From assembly GCA_964016885.1 (NCBI GenBank), contig OZ024758.1:18786001-18850000 (forward strand): DNA of 64,000 bases, written 5' to 3'. Shown piece by piece: positions 15,587 to 30,322 of the stretch. The stretch comes from Eledone cirrhosa. Lineage: Eukaryota. The position numbers and the translations under genes are program-made. Numbering within the stretch: position 1 is the stretch's first letter; each line of letters begins with the position of its first letter. The notes beneath the pieces are model-generated. The model ran no database searches. It saw only the letters and a program-made list of their open reading frames with translations, and was not told the origin of the DNA.

Positions 15587-15811
15587 AAAGTAAGTGAATT
15601 TGTCACTACTCTAAAAAACAATAGCTTACGGTCTTCAAAATGCTTTTAATTAAGCATAAAGTGTATTGCAAAATACATTATATATACATCCATATATATA
15701 TTGCTATTTCAGAGCTCCAATTCTAATTTTTATTTTCTGCCTGACCAACAACCGCTCTGCATAATCAGCTCCTGATTATTTACTTGAATTCTATAAGAAT
15801 ATAACATCAGT

Positions 15812-15906
15812 GATCTCGGTAGACAGGTGGGCGTAGTTAGCATTGATGAGCTTAAACAAAAGCGAGACAAGGCCTTGTCGGCTTATCTCCCCTGTTTGCT
15901 GAGATC
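15812..15906 (+). ncRNA. Type I hammerhead ribozyme, copy 2 (probably inactivated)
   Basis: Same fold 320 nt downstream. Core UUGAUGA, but GAAA is changed to GAGA and there is a proximal stem I mismatch (agca). Confidence 0.75.
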
Positions 15907-16084
15907 AAAGTAAGTGAATGTGTCACTACTCTAAAAAACAACAGCTTACGGTCTTCAAAATGCTTTTAATTAAGCATAAAGTGTATTGCAAGATACATTA
16001 TATATACATCCATATATATATTGCTATTTCAGAGCTCCAATTCTAATATGTGTATATATATATATGTATATATATGTATATATG

Positions 16085-16136
<52 letters not shown>

Positions 16137-16150
16137 TAGATATATACATG

Positions 16151-16212
<62 letters not shown>

Positions 16213-16612
16213 CATGTATATATCTATATTTATATATATATATATATATATGCGAGAGAGTGCGAACAACTTATATATATATATATATATATATAATGTG
16301 TGGATGTGTCCATACACACACCCACACATTGTATATGTGGCGTCTATGTGTTTGTATGCTTCGGTGTGTGTGTGTATGTACGTGAATTAATAACCTTAGC
16401 ATTTGTTGTAAGTTCCAATCGAAATGGTATTTTAAACGCAGTAGTATCACATTTTGCAATAAACCGAGTCTCGAAGTTCGTAGCAACTATTTGGTGATGC
16501 AATGCCTTCAATATTCTATTTGTTATATATGTTAAAATAATATTTACTATGTTTCCATTGTAATGTAAAACTTTAGATATTTAGGTATTTTTCTATGGGA
16601 CAAAACGGATAA

Positions 16613-16880
16613 ATATTGGTTTCAGATTTAGGCATACGGCCAGCAATTTGATTGAGTAAAGTGTTGATTAAATACAAGTCAGCATATGTTAATAATAATT
16701 GTTTCTATGTCAGGCACAAGGCCAGCAATTAACCAGTGCATTACTGGTACTTTCTTTTATTGACCCCGTAATGATGAAAGGCAAAGCCAACTTCGGCGGG
16801 ATTTGAACTCAGACCGTAAAGGAACGTAACTATGCTGGAAAGCATGGCGTCCGACCCTTTACCGATACTGCCACTCCAAT
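16613..16880 (-). mobile_element. tRNA-derived SINE, main family, plus a tail fragment
   Basis: Full copy ~16690-16880 and a tail remnant ~16613-16680. Confidence 0.8.
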
Positions 16881-17689
16881 GTCAGTAATTATACAGTTAT
16901 ACTGTGTTAATTAACATAACAATCACACGTTCAAACATTCTTCACTAGGATGTGTTTAATATTGAAAGAAAAGAGAATTGCATGCGATCATATATTTGAA
17001 CTCAGAATTAAAAGCCTGGAGATTCGATTCCTTTAAAGGCCAATGTATCTTCTTCTTTGAATGTCACCTTATTTCACATTCTTCCAAAACTGACAGTAAA
17101 AAGAAATAAACGGAATAAAGTGACCCATATCTATGTTTCACTTGATAACCTCGGTGTCGGGAAGAAGAGAACATTTGGTATGTATGGGGAAATGCTAGAT
17201 TTCTCTAAATCACACTAAGTTATCGTGTGTCTTAGAATGTTACCTTTCTGAATGTTTGGAGCAAGACCCAGGCCTGCGTGTGTAATGCTTTATTAGAAAT
17301 TTAAATGACAGCGATGATTCCACATATTTCCCGTTTGCTTATTATTTGCAACATATATTCCAAGACATTCTCTGCCTATCCATAAACCACTAGTTCTTAC
17401 GCTATGGAAACTCTTAATAATAATGCATAATTTAATGTATAAATTCTTCTACTTGGAAATTATCATCGATTTACTACATACGAGATAAAGCAGCCTGGCT
17501 AAAATTGACACCTGTCTACCTATAAACAGGAACAGTTATATTCTCCCCTCTCTCACTTTCTATCTTCAAATGTCTTCCCGTATAGCTCACTTACATACTA
17601 TATCTACCTGTTTGAATGTCTATATGTATATGTGCGAATACACACACACACAGACACAGACACACACACATACGCACACACATATATAT

Positions 17690-17763
<74 letters not shown>

Positions 17764-18495
17764 CTGAACTTGACAACATCTAAGACCATATTGTTTAAGG
17801 CCTGGCCAAACACTAACAATTCATTAACGTGTTATTGCGTAGAATGTGTCTACTATAATTAGTTTAGTTGTTTTTGTAAAAAATAAAGAACATTGTTAGT
17901 ATTCACCTGAACAAAGTTCTAAATATCGTGTAAGCATGCGAAATACCATAGTCACTAATTCTCACCATAGTGAAGACAAACAAGTAGAGTTGCATCTTAT
18001 TTATTAATCGTAGTACTAAACTTGGAGAGACGTGTCACAAAATCATCATTTGGAAGTAAAGTCTAACATTCGCCTCATAGTGACAGAAAAGGCTCAGATT
18101 ACTAGCAAATGTTATCATAGATATGAGAAAAAGTTTTGCGCTATCCATTTCTCTTTAAAACCTTGAGGCGGAGATGTCTGAGGGAGCAATCATGATATTA
18201 TATATATATAAAAATAGAGTTGACACATATATGTGGTAAATATTGATGCAATTAAATTAAGCACTCAACGTCATGTTACTTCTTGCAGATTAGAATGACG
18301 GAGTATATTTAGAATAATGCGAAGTTTATTGTTATCAACAACGGGCACTTTAACATCTACAGCCACCTTCGTTGTCTCTCTATCTCTCTCTCTCCCCCCT
18401 ATCTTTCTCCCTCTCTACTTGCAAGCGCATTTGTTGTATATATATATATATATTTATATAATGTTTTACTTATGAGTACGCGGTCTTACCGCATA

Positions 18496-18538
<43 letters not shown>

Positions 18539-18893
18539 TTATATGTTTGTTTGTGTGTGTGTTTTACTTATATCTGAATGTGTGTATATACACATATGCT
18601 TTTATAATTTCTCTATATTTTTTTATTTTTTTATATATTATTTTTCTTACATAATCATTATTATTGTTTTTAATATAATTTGTTATTAATCTTTAATATA
18701 ATTTTTCTCATGTATATTTTCGGTTATTCTTCCAGCCTCACTTCCAATTTTTAACAGATTTTAAATCTCATTTCATATGTTGTATTCATATCCTCTATGT
18801 CTGGTAAACGATGCAGAAACTTCTTAATGTTTTCTAGAGTCTTGAAACATCTGGTAATGGAGAAGTTATATATTGGGTCGTTCACTTCCTAAT

Positions 18894-18942
<49 letters not shown>

Positions 18943-18945
18943 ATT

Positions 18946-19082
<137 letters not shown>

Positions 19083-19316
19083 ATTTATATATATATATAT
19101 TTATATATATATATATAGTTATATATATTTATATATATTTATATATATATATCTATGTATATATATATATACATATATATAAATATATAGATAGATATAT
19201 ATATAAATATATATATATAAATGACGTAATTCAATCGGAAAGGTCCAGGAAAAAAGAGTGCTCTATGTAGGTAACAGAGCTTAATAGTTATGTAATTACA
19301 TAACTATATATATATG

Positions 19317-19487
<171 letters not shown>

Positions 19488-19562
19488 TTATTTATATATA
19501 TATATATATATATTTATTTATATATATATATATATATTTATTTATATATATATATATATTTA

Positions 19563-19599
<37 letters not shown>

Positions 19600-19652
19600 T
19601 TATATATATATATATATATTTATTTATATATATATGTATATATATATTTGTT

Positions 19653-19683
<31 letters not shown>

Positions 19684-19704
19684 TTATATATATATGTATA
19701 TATA

Positions 19705-19769
<65 letters not shown>

Positions 19770-19838
19770 TTATATATATATATATTTATATATATATATA
19801 TATATATATATTTTTATTTATATATATATATATTTATT

Positions 19839-19869
<31 letters not shown>

Positions 19870-19962
19870 ATATATATATTTTTATTTATATATATATATA
19901 TTTATATATATATATATATATATATTTATTTATATATATATATATTTATTTATATATATATA

Positions 19963-20001
<39 letters not shown>

Positions 20002-20585
20002 TCGTGTGACTATTATTACTAGGTGTTAATGTGATAACAAATGTAATTTCCTTCTATTCAATATCACGTAGAATGCTTAGGTTCGGCACGAATCTTTAAT
20101 AAGAAGAACCTACTCATCTGATGCTTGGGGAACTCATAACCTAGAACCCATACCTGCTATATGTAAGATACTTATCCTCTTAGATTTTTCCCCATCTATT
20201 TTACACAAGGAAGACTATGCACACTAAACTATTGATGTTGACACTGTGTAGATGTCTCGAGGATATTATACCAATATTATACCTATATTTTTTCATGCTG
20301 GAGAAATATTGATATAATACGTTCGAGACCTCCCGAGAAACAAAGAAATGTATAGAGAGAAATAGATACAAGGGAAGTGGAAGAGATGCTACTTCATGTA
20401 TCGAACTCGAAATGATGAACTTTGTGGCATATGATATGAATCAAATAAATACCGAGTCATTTTAACCGCTGCCTCAACGACCGTGCCGAAAAAAATGTGT
20501 ATGCATGTATATAAACATGTATGTTGAACATTTTGTGTGCGTATATATATATATATATATATATAACTGCACACATATGTTCATA

Positions 20586-20636
<51 letters not shown>

Positions 20637-21357
20637 CATACATATATGTGTATGTACGTGTGTATGTATGTATGAATCATCTTTCCTGTGAATTAAAATA
20701 TCTGATCTTGGAAAGCAATCGAACTGAAGGAAGGAAACATATTTCCTAATATAGGCGAAAGTATGTGCGCTTTATTGATGGGGGTGGGCGTCTATGTTGA
20801 AATTGCACCAATCATCGTCCAGAAAGATCGGTATCAGATAACATTTCAGGAGAATTCATGTAAAATGTTCCAGAGTTGCGGGATTCTACAAACAGAAATG
20901 GAGTTTATTGATCCATGAAATCCACCAACCAGAAGCAGTAAAATCCAATGACCACATAACATGAGACCTTTCCTTGTATTTTTATCTGGCACCCACCACC
21001 GTCTCTCAATTCTGCAACAGATTGTATTGATATATATCTAAGAAGCTTCAAAACAAACACAGCCCCCCTTTGCGCAGTAACAATTATAAAATTACTCGTT
21101 TATTTTTGTCGCATAATGGATTCCCGCCCTAGCAACTATTAAGTCTGTGGAATTATGTTAATTATTCTGGTTATTTTCCATACATTGTTGAAATATTGAA
21201 ATGATGAAACTTAGAAAAATCTGTGGTGGTGCACTTTGAAATTATTTATTGAAATAATTAAAGTAAGAATTGCAAATAAATGAACGCACAATCATGCTTA
21301 CACAATATACATACACCATATACATACGGGCAAATACTAGTGTATATATTTTACACG

Positions 21358-21395
<38 letters not shown>

Positions 21396-21557
21396 CACTC
21401 ATATATATATATATTTTGAGTATATGTTGGTTGTTTACCGATACCTCAGTACGCAGATTGGAGCACTCGACGAAGTACGCAGGTTGGTTTGGTTACTCCG
21501 GAGTAATGTTAAATAAATTAATTAAGTCAAATATTTAAAATTTGGATTCGTTTATAC

Positions 21558-21642
21558 GTAAAATTCAAAGAAAGCTACCAAATTAAAAAGTAAATGTAAA
21601 CTATTTAGAGAATTTAATGTACTACAGGCACACGAGACGCCC

Positions 21643-21705
<63 letters not shown>

Positions 21706-21793
21706 TGCGTCTCGTGTGCCTGTAGTACTACATTAAATTCTCTAAATAGTTTACATTTACTTTTATAATTTGGTAGCTTTCTTTGAATTTTAC
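21558..21793. repeat. Inverted repeat (~85-bp arms) centred on (TA)n
   Basis: gtaaaattcaaagaaagctacc..gagacgc versus gcgtctc..ggtagctttctttgaattttac, with small indels. Confidence 0.85.
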
Positions 21794-23817
21794 TATCTAA
21801 ACTCTCTTGGTTCTTATTTATAAAAAACAAATTTCTTACTACGTACAGATTACAACACTAGGGATTTTATCTATTTCACGAATATGTTCTATTACATATT
21901 TAAAATTTAACATTCAGGTCATGTGAATGTATAAAAATGTTTTTTTCAGTAAGATAATTGTTGTAATTTCTCTTAATCTCATTTATAATATTAATTAAAT
22001 TATATGAGATGAATTCTGAATAATTATTTATTAATACTTAATAGGTTCTAACCCGCTATTCACAATATTTATAAGTTTGATTAGATTATGTGTGAAAATT
22101 ATAACTATTTGAATTAGACAATTTAGTAATATTTAAACAGGAGAGTGTGCGAGAATTATATATTCCATTAATAAAACGTCTTGGTATGGGCAATCTAATT
22201 TTGTTCTTTAAAATTACCTCAGATATATGTATGAAATGTGCGTCTAATATATCAGATACATTGTAAGAATAAGTGTGTTATTTATGTAGCTTGCGTTTTG
22301 GGGTGGCTGAATATAAGCTATTTGTTATATATTCCTCTGGAATCCTACTCCAAGAGTAGAATAACTATACTTATGCCATATGAGTGTATTCAAAAGTACA
22401 TCTTCTGCACACATAACGGAATAAGGTTTTGACATCCTTATATAATGTTTGCTTGAGATCACGTACGGTAATAGTTACTTGATAGTGTGTAAAATAACTA
22501 TCTCTGGATTACAACTCATGCAGCACCTAGCGAAGACGTAGCTATTATGCAGTCATATACAAGCCGTGCTACTAGATGATTCGCCACATTTTCAAGATTT
22601 TTATTATTATCCATCTCTTAAAATAATAGAGAATGAGAGTTGATAATATATTTGTTTCAACGAAAAGACTACTCACCAAACCCGTTAAGTATTTGATTAA
22701 GAGTTTCAGGACAATGTTCTCATTCTTGAAATTACTAAGATCCTTCATTTTCAAACGTATCTCTGATGTGGGAATTCTTTAGCGAGCAGATCTTTCCTAA
22801 AACCAATATACAAAGATACAATTACTACAACCTTCATCCTTTCTATCTACCTGTGTTGTTATTCGGCAACTTTACAACCAACCACCCTTATTTCAATTAT
22901 AAGACTGTATAATCATATCACATAGAACATTTACGGATCATGATGTAAATTATTTTTATTAAAATTGTCATTTCATTTATCTTGATTATCGTCATACGAG
23001 TTATCATCAAGTCAGTACCAGTGACCACGGGAGAAAACAAGGGCCGCGATCTTTAAGAAAAACTCAAATACACACACACAAACATAACGTTAGGGGTTTA
23101 CACTTGTGATATACTTATATCGACAGAATTTTCCATAGCATAAGGGCAATTCCCATTAGAACTATCTTTTGAATTTCTGCTATACGCTGGTACCATGGGA
23201 TTTTGGATAAGTAATTATTAGACCCCTTAGGTACCATACCTAGAGCGCCTACTACCATTATTGCTATTATTACTGATATTGTTCTTATTTTTCATTATTT
23301 TCCTCTTTCTCTTTTTTTACATGTTGTTTTTGATACACGTAGCTTTGATTAATGTTGATATCCTTTTATTACTATTGTGTTATAAAGACGGAAGGTAGAT
23401 TGTGTTTTAAAAATGTAGAAAGCCCACCTAAGCAAATAAGATAGTATCATTAATATACTGTTTCAAAATCTAATTCACTAAATAATAACATTAAATACGA
23501 CAAGCAGACATGGTACTTATATGTCTAGTCAAATGATATCAATAACAACGTCTGTGGTGCATTGAATACGATTTAATATTAAAGCCAAAATACGTTATTT
23601 GAAGGATACTATTCATTCAGATAGGAATATTTATTCTAAACCGTTTGTAATTAGCTTGATCTTCAGGTATTATTTTCATTTCTCGCGGGACGCTATAAGC
23701 CAATTTCCAAATAGGAATTCTAAATATCGATATATACATACAAGCATACATACACTCACACATGAATACATACATATACACATATATATGTATGTATATA
23801 TATATATATATGTATAC

Positions 23818-23850
<33 letters not shown>

Positions 23851-23904
23851 ATACATTGTATGGATACTTAAACATAAATAATTGTACTCATACACACACA
23901 TGCA

Positions 23905-23993
<89 letters not shown>

Positions 23994-24053
23994 GTGTGTG
24001 TGTATATATATATTAAAATATAAGTATTAATAAAATAGATGTTCTTTTGATAA

Positions 24054-24116
24054 ATTACATTTTATCATACATATTTCGGATGTACAACAGTATGTCCTCA
24101 TCAGACATAATATAAT
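24054..24116 (-). ncRNA. Hammerhead ribozyme, family B-like, cleavage site mutated (UG)
   Basis: Minus strand attatattatgt-CUGAUGA-GGAcaUAC(uguu)GUAcaUCC-GAAA-UAUGUA-UG-ataaaatgtaat. 11/12-bp stem I; H17 is G. Confidence 0.65.
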
Positions 24117-25574
24117 GATACATGACATAGCCTGAGATGTTAAATGGTTAATAGTTAATCAAGGTATTAAATGTATCATTCTTTGACATAATCATCGAAT
24201 ACTGTTTAACAACTTAATACTTATATATATATATATAGCGAGAGAGATTATATATATATATATACATCCGGTAATATGTACATATTTATGCGTACCTGTG
24301 TGTGTATATGTATATATATGTATATATTCATTTATTTATTTCGTATAGGAATGTTTTATTTATTTATAATCAGTTAGAAATGTTTGAGGATTCTATTGTG
24401 GCTACTTGGTGAAATCTTACAGAATAATATCAGATACAATCTGAAGAATGTAGTCTTTTATTAATGGCTAATCCAAAATCAAAATGCCTTACCCTATACA
24501 GAATACAATTTATGCATATGTGCATAACATCATCGCTAATAATGCCTCAGATATAAGAGATTGAATGACATTAGAGGATGCTGTATACTGCTGGAAATAT
24601 CCGTATATCATATATCCCTAAAGCAACAATCATTGAGTGTTTGACCATAAGTTTTACAATGTTGATGAAACACCTAGTGTCATTTCCGGCAAATCATGCT
24701 GTGAGCTGTGTTATTGTTGTTCGAGATTTCAATAGTTTAAATTATTTGGATACTCTAGTTAAACGTAAGGTTACAACAATAATACATTTGGCCAAAGGAA
24801 AGTTATAGAAGAGAAAGATAATAATATATGAATCTTCAAATTGAAACATGTTCATTATCCAAGATATACTCCTGTGAGCCAAATCGACTTTGATTGTTGA
24901 TGGTATTTGTCATGCTGCGTTTACTATAGATAATTGCTCCTACGTCTTTTACGAGAACTTAATCTCGAGAAATTCGATGTTTCGGCATATGCTCATTTCA
25001 TAATTGTTATATAAATGTTTGTTAAAGTTATGTACCAATCCATATATAAGACCTTGTTGGTAGAGATTCTAGGAATGTAGAATAAGGTCTTACAAAGGAA
25101 ATCATCCCCACCAATTCTTGAATCATCTATGTTCTAATGCCCATCCAATATTAAAATAAACAAACACTTTTTTCCTTTTTCTTAAAATGTAAAATTTAGG
25201 AGTTTCAGCTAATTGCATATCATTCCTGTCCTAGCTGTACTGAAAGGAAGTTCATTAGTTTATTTTGGGGGCCAGAGAACCATACCCAAGCGTGATGATA
25301 AGGTGATCTGGCATACACCTTCCCCTATACGAGAAACACTAAATACATTTTCACTCCAGGGTAAGGTTGCTTCAGTATAATAGGGAATAGGTGTCAGTGA
25401 TGCCACTCCTGTTCCATTAATATGTATCGCAAGACCCGTTCCTTTCTATTCCACAATTAAATACCAATATTTCAGGGATGTAAAAGCATTTATAAAAGGG
25501 TCGGATAATTAACTTAGTGTTAGTTAAAGAGAAGTGGGTTTGAACACGGAGCGATAACAAGAAAACTAAAACTA

Positions 25575-26005
25575 AAAGTCTCCATTCCCTGGGGAAACCG
25601 TTTTGTCGTTGGTCGGTTGTGTTTTTAATATAGACACCGTTAATTTACAGATTTGGGGTAAATGTCCCGATAATCGTCTCGACACTCTGCGCTCCGAGCC
25701 ATATCCTTTCATGTACAGTAAATAAAGTTCCAATACAGGAGTGAAATACTTTGAAACAAACGGACAGATTAAAATGTAATTTATCATTTTAGTAGGTTAC
25801 CGGCCGTGTCCGGTCAGAATTCTCTCACATCTTTCTGTTCAAACCAACAGTAATCTGCTGCTCATATTTATATTGCCGTATCGCTCTCAAAATAAATATC
25901 AAAATCTTGCAGATTCGATTTTATGTGTGATAATTATGTGCGATACGGTGTTTACCGTGAAAATACAATTATATGTAGACCGTAACGTAAATGCTAAAGG
26001 GTTAA
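25575..26005. mobile_element. Possible truncated TTAA-type (piggyBac-like) MITE
   Basis: Ends aatgctaaagggTTAA. No matching left TIR was found and the left boundary is a guess. Confidence 0.3.
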
Positions 26006-26383
26006 ATGCCTTCTCTGTATGTTCTGAATTCCAATCCAAATTACTGTCAACACATAATCCTCGCCGCTTCTGCTATATATAGTGTCAATATATAGTGAGC
26101 AATTACAAGACCGATATTAACACATAATTCTCAGTTTGCTCTAACAATTAGGCCATTTTCTTAATGCTACATGAACAGACACGTAGTGTGTGAGTTTGTT
26201 TGTTTATTAAACGTTATTTTGAATACTGGTGATGATCTAATATTTCTTGTTAATAGACTCTTCTTAAGTCTTTTGTTAATAATCGTCGTTTAAGCTTCAT
26301 ATTCTTTCGGAAAAAACAATTACAAATCTATGTACAATGGAATTTAATATAGTTTTTTGTATGTATTCTAATTTATTTTGCAG

Positions 26384-26487
26384 ATTCTGTGAGAGGACAT
26401 TTCACTTGAGACGTGATACAATCATTTTCTTGCAATCTTTTAACGCTTTGAACATTCAGGAATATCAGGACAATAGCACAGTGATAC
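26384..26487 (+). other. Candidate spliced exon (104 nt)
   Basis: ctaatttattttgcag acceptor with a branch-like CTAAT and a GTAAGT donor. One open frame, but no recognisable protein. Confidence 0.35.
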
Positions 26488-26904
26488 GTAAGTACTAATT
26501 TTAGACTATTTATTAGTACACGACGAAATCATAGAAAGTGTAACCTATTTAATACTTGTGATTGGATATTAATGTACCATTACTAAAACTTACTTTACAC
26601 AGAAAAATACACGAGGAAAGTTATACTAAATAATTCAAATATATCTTCCTATATCGGTTATATTAATATATGCTTCGAGAGATCTCTATTTTAACTCTGC
26701 TAAATATGGATATTAAAGCAGTAGTTATATGTTATCCATGCCATCCCATCCTTGATCACATATTTCATGATATTTTTGTAGAAGGTTCGTCATTTCATGT
26801 TTGCCCATTTATCTCTTGTGAATCCATAATTCTCCACCACGTTTGAACACAGACAATTTCCTCTATAGAAAGAAGAGAATGTCATAGTTAATTCGAGTAC
26901 GCAG

Positions 26905-26975
26905 CTGCTGTGGTATTTATCTACTAGGAAGAGGTGATAAGCAAAATTGACCTCGATGGGATTTGAACTCATAGA
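26905..26975 (-). mobile_element. SINE core fragment
   Basis: ggtatttatctac..gcaaaattgacctcgatgggatttgaactca. Confidence 0.5.
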
Positions 26976-27135
26976 GCAGTTATCCGGAACGAATACATCC
27001 ACAATCCATCTTTCTAACGTTCAAATAACTTTGTTACTTTGTCGATTTTCACACGGTGTAGATGTAAAATAGAAATGATTTTGACAACACTTGCGAATTT
27101 ATGATTGAATTTGTCATATTGTTTATTTTCTACAG

Positions 27136-27301
27136 TGAAGCAATAATGTAATAAATCCCATAATCCAGTACGTGGATCCCCAATAACATATATTTGATTA
27201 GTATGATCCTATACCTGAACCAGTATAGAAAGAAACACAATATGACAAATCATATTGTTACACTTCACAAGGCATGTTCATGTTACAGACAAGAATAACA
27301 T
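27136..27301 (+). other. Candidate non-coding exon (166 nt)
   Basis: tttattttctacag acceptor and GTAAGT donor; early stops in all three frames. Confidence 0.3.
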
Positions 27302-28192
27302 GTAAGTTATTTGTCACATTTGTATGAACTGGAGAACATGCTACCGAATGTGTTTCTAATCTAAAGAAGTACTTAAATACTTGTATCAATCAAACGAACA
27401 AATAAATATCAATGGCGCTTTGAACTCAATAAAAATCGTATAGGAATGGAGGTTTTGTTAAAAGCATATACCTGTTACAGTTCGAAGATATATCGTCAAA
27501 ATCACGGACGTTATTGCAACATTAAAGTATATCTATGCTTAGATCTGATTATACATTATAACATTGGACTATTCTCCGGTAAACGCTAGATGTAGGGTTT
27601 GTCGTTTTTCTCACATCTATTTATATATACATATATACTATGTATATAGTCTACGGTGTTGAGACTGAGGTGTCCCCTACTCATGAGAGTACACAATCAA
27701 ACCAGAAATTAATATGTAATATCTCCATTAGATTATACATAAGGTCTCATGGACCAAACACACATATATAAGCAGACCGATACACGCACACATACACACA
27801 CCAAACACAAATAATCAAAGAACACACACACGCATATAAACATGTGTGTGTATATGTGTGCGTAGTTGAGCGTGTGATCGTGTGTGTTTGTCTGTTTGTA
27901 TACATGTATAACTGCAATTGTTAAAGAATTAGCTTCTAAAGAATTTCCCTTTTCTTTAAACCAATGAACCCACCCATCCTATAGACACCTGTCTTACAGG
28001 CATGTTAGTCTATATGATAAACTAGGATAGGTATGCCTTTGTTAATACTATAGCTTTAAAGAATTAGCTTTTAATGAATTCCCTTTTCTTTAAATCCTTC
28101 AACCAATGACCTCCACCCATCCCAATCATCACCCTCTCCTACAACCAGAAAAAAAAGAAAAGATATAAATACCACTACTTACTTGGACAGCC

Positions 28193-28243
28193 AGCTACCT
28201 GAATATTTCTCACGAATGAAACATTTCTAGTCCTGTAGAAGCT
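28193..28243 (+). ncRNA. Degenerate hammerhead, family C (G8U)
   Basis: AGCUaC-CUGAAUA-uUUC(ucac)GAAu-GAAA-cauuucuaguccug-UA/GaAGCU; stem I covaries with the 32929 copy. Confidence 0.6.
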
Positions 28244-28335
28244 CTTCTATATTAAAACGTTTATACTCTGCTATAAATTGAGTACCTTACTTACTGTGGT
28301 TACCTCCGATTCAACCCGGAATAACTTTTATATAT

Positions 28336-28367
<32 letters not shown>

Positions 28368-28728
28368 GGGTGTGTGTGTGTGTTGCGGTATTATATTGCA
28401 AATTATTAATAGGGGGCGAATGATTCTGTTAACGCTAAGTACCTTGGAGGGAGTAGATTAACAAATCTACTCCTTCCAACTTTCTATCCTCCTCTCCATC
28501 GGTAAGATCCCCATTTTTCTCATCTCTTCCCCTTTCTCTCTCTATAACCCCCTCATTATTTATCTCTTTCACACTCTCTCTCACACTCTTCATTGGAATT
28601 ATGATTATATCTTAAACCAAAATTCCATATGCAAATAGTATTCAGCTGTTAGCGTCTACCTTTCACACTGAGAATACTCACATTTTACCTATATTCATAA
28701 AAACTCATCGATTCAAACCTTTCCAATT

Positions 28729-29021
<293 letters not shown>

Positions 29022-29048
29022 GTGTATGTGTATCTGATTGTGTACGTG

Positions 29049-29081
<33 letters not shown>

Positions 29082-29082
29082 A

Positions 29083-29334
29083 GAGGTTATATTTAATTTG
29101 TTGGGATACAAGAAGCATAATATTTTTATAACTGATATAAAGCACTCGACTATCCAGGAGATTCCAACCAGAATGGTTGCATATTTTAAGTTTATGTCAA
29201 TATTTATTTGTAAAACTAACCTATATTATATTTTATCTGATGAAAGTGCACCAGAGTTTGCTCTGGTGGCCCTTGAAATATGTATAATGAAATAAATATG
29301 GTTTTATAAATATAGTTTCCATTTGTTTATATAT

Positions 29335-29336
<2 letters not shown>
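29083..29336 (+). mobile_element. Family B HHR element (Penelope pLTR-like remnant) in a (TA)n tract
   Basis: Shares the TTTATAACT..AGCACTCnAC..GGAG block and the post-HHR aataaatatggttttataaatatagtttcca block with the 31868 and 40400 elements. Confidence 0.6.
29229..29294 (+). ncRNA. Type I hammerhead ribozyme, family B, intact core
   Basis: UAUUUUAU-CUGAUGA-AAG.CACCAGAG(uuug)CUCUGGUG.CUU-GAAA-UAUGUA-UA/AUGAAAUA. 8-bp stem I; cleavage predicted after 29286. Confidence 0.8.
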
Positions 29337-29412
<76 letters not shown>

Positions 29413-29426
29413 CATATATATATATT

Positions 29427-29457
<31 letters not shown>

Positions 29458-29784
29458 GTATGTATATATATATATATAAGTATGTGTGCGCGTGTGTATG
29501 CTTGTGCGATCAAAAATGTAGAATCATATGTATGTATCTATGTGTTACTGAATGTGAGATTAATCTTAAGCAGTTCATCGAACTGATCCTGGAGATTATT
29601 CATCCAATTATGCGTTTCATTTAAGTTAAAATGGAAACACAGGCAAACGTCAATATATAAACGCACACTTCTATCATTCATATCTACACTCCGATAAATA
29701 TAACTATACGTACACGTATATGTGTAGATATGAATCTCTCTCTCTTTCTTACTCTCTATATCCCTCATTCTCTCTATCTCTCTT

Positions 29785-29819
<35 letters not shown>

Positions 29820-30191
29820 GTATATATATTTATCTTTGTATGTGTGTGTTTGTGTATATATATATATATAGGTGTGTGTATATATATATATATATATGTG
29901 TGTCTGAGTGTGTGTGGATGTGTGTGTGTGTGTGTAGAGGCACGCGTACGTATATAACATCCAAATTTTTGTTACGGTTAAGTGATTTCGCCCCTCTTTT
30001 GAGCCAATATAAAACCATTCCACTGAAGGAGTCAAGAACGAAATTATTTTTTTTATTTTTTAAAAATAATATATTATTGATTACATATAAATGATATACG
30101 TGATGATGTTCCTGGCTTGGTATATTTCATTATATATATATCTATATATCTATATATCTATATACACCCATATACATACGCACATACAGAA

Positions 30192-30246
<55 letters not shown>

Positions 30247-30263
30247 TGTATATATGTATATAT

Positions 30264-30322
<59 letters not shown>

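Larger units (their letters stand above)
15483..16047 (+). mobile_element. HHR-bearing tandem repeat, 320-bp period, ~1.76 units (retrozyme-like or pLTR tandem)
   Basis: 15483-15727 and 15803-16047 are near-identical direct repeats, each carrying an HHR. The array ends in a (TA)n tract. Confidence 0.75.

Noticed and set aside
18815-18870. aacttct..gaaacatctggta..agaagtt, possible HHR relic
   Set aside because: The CUGANGA box is absent; too degenerate to call.
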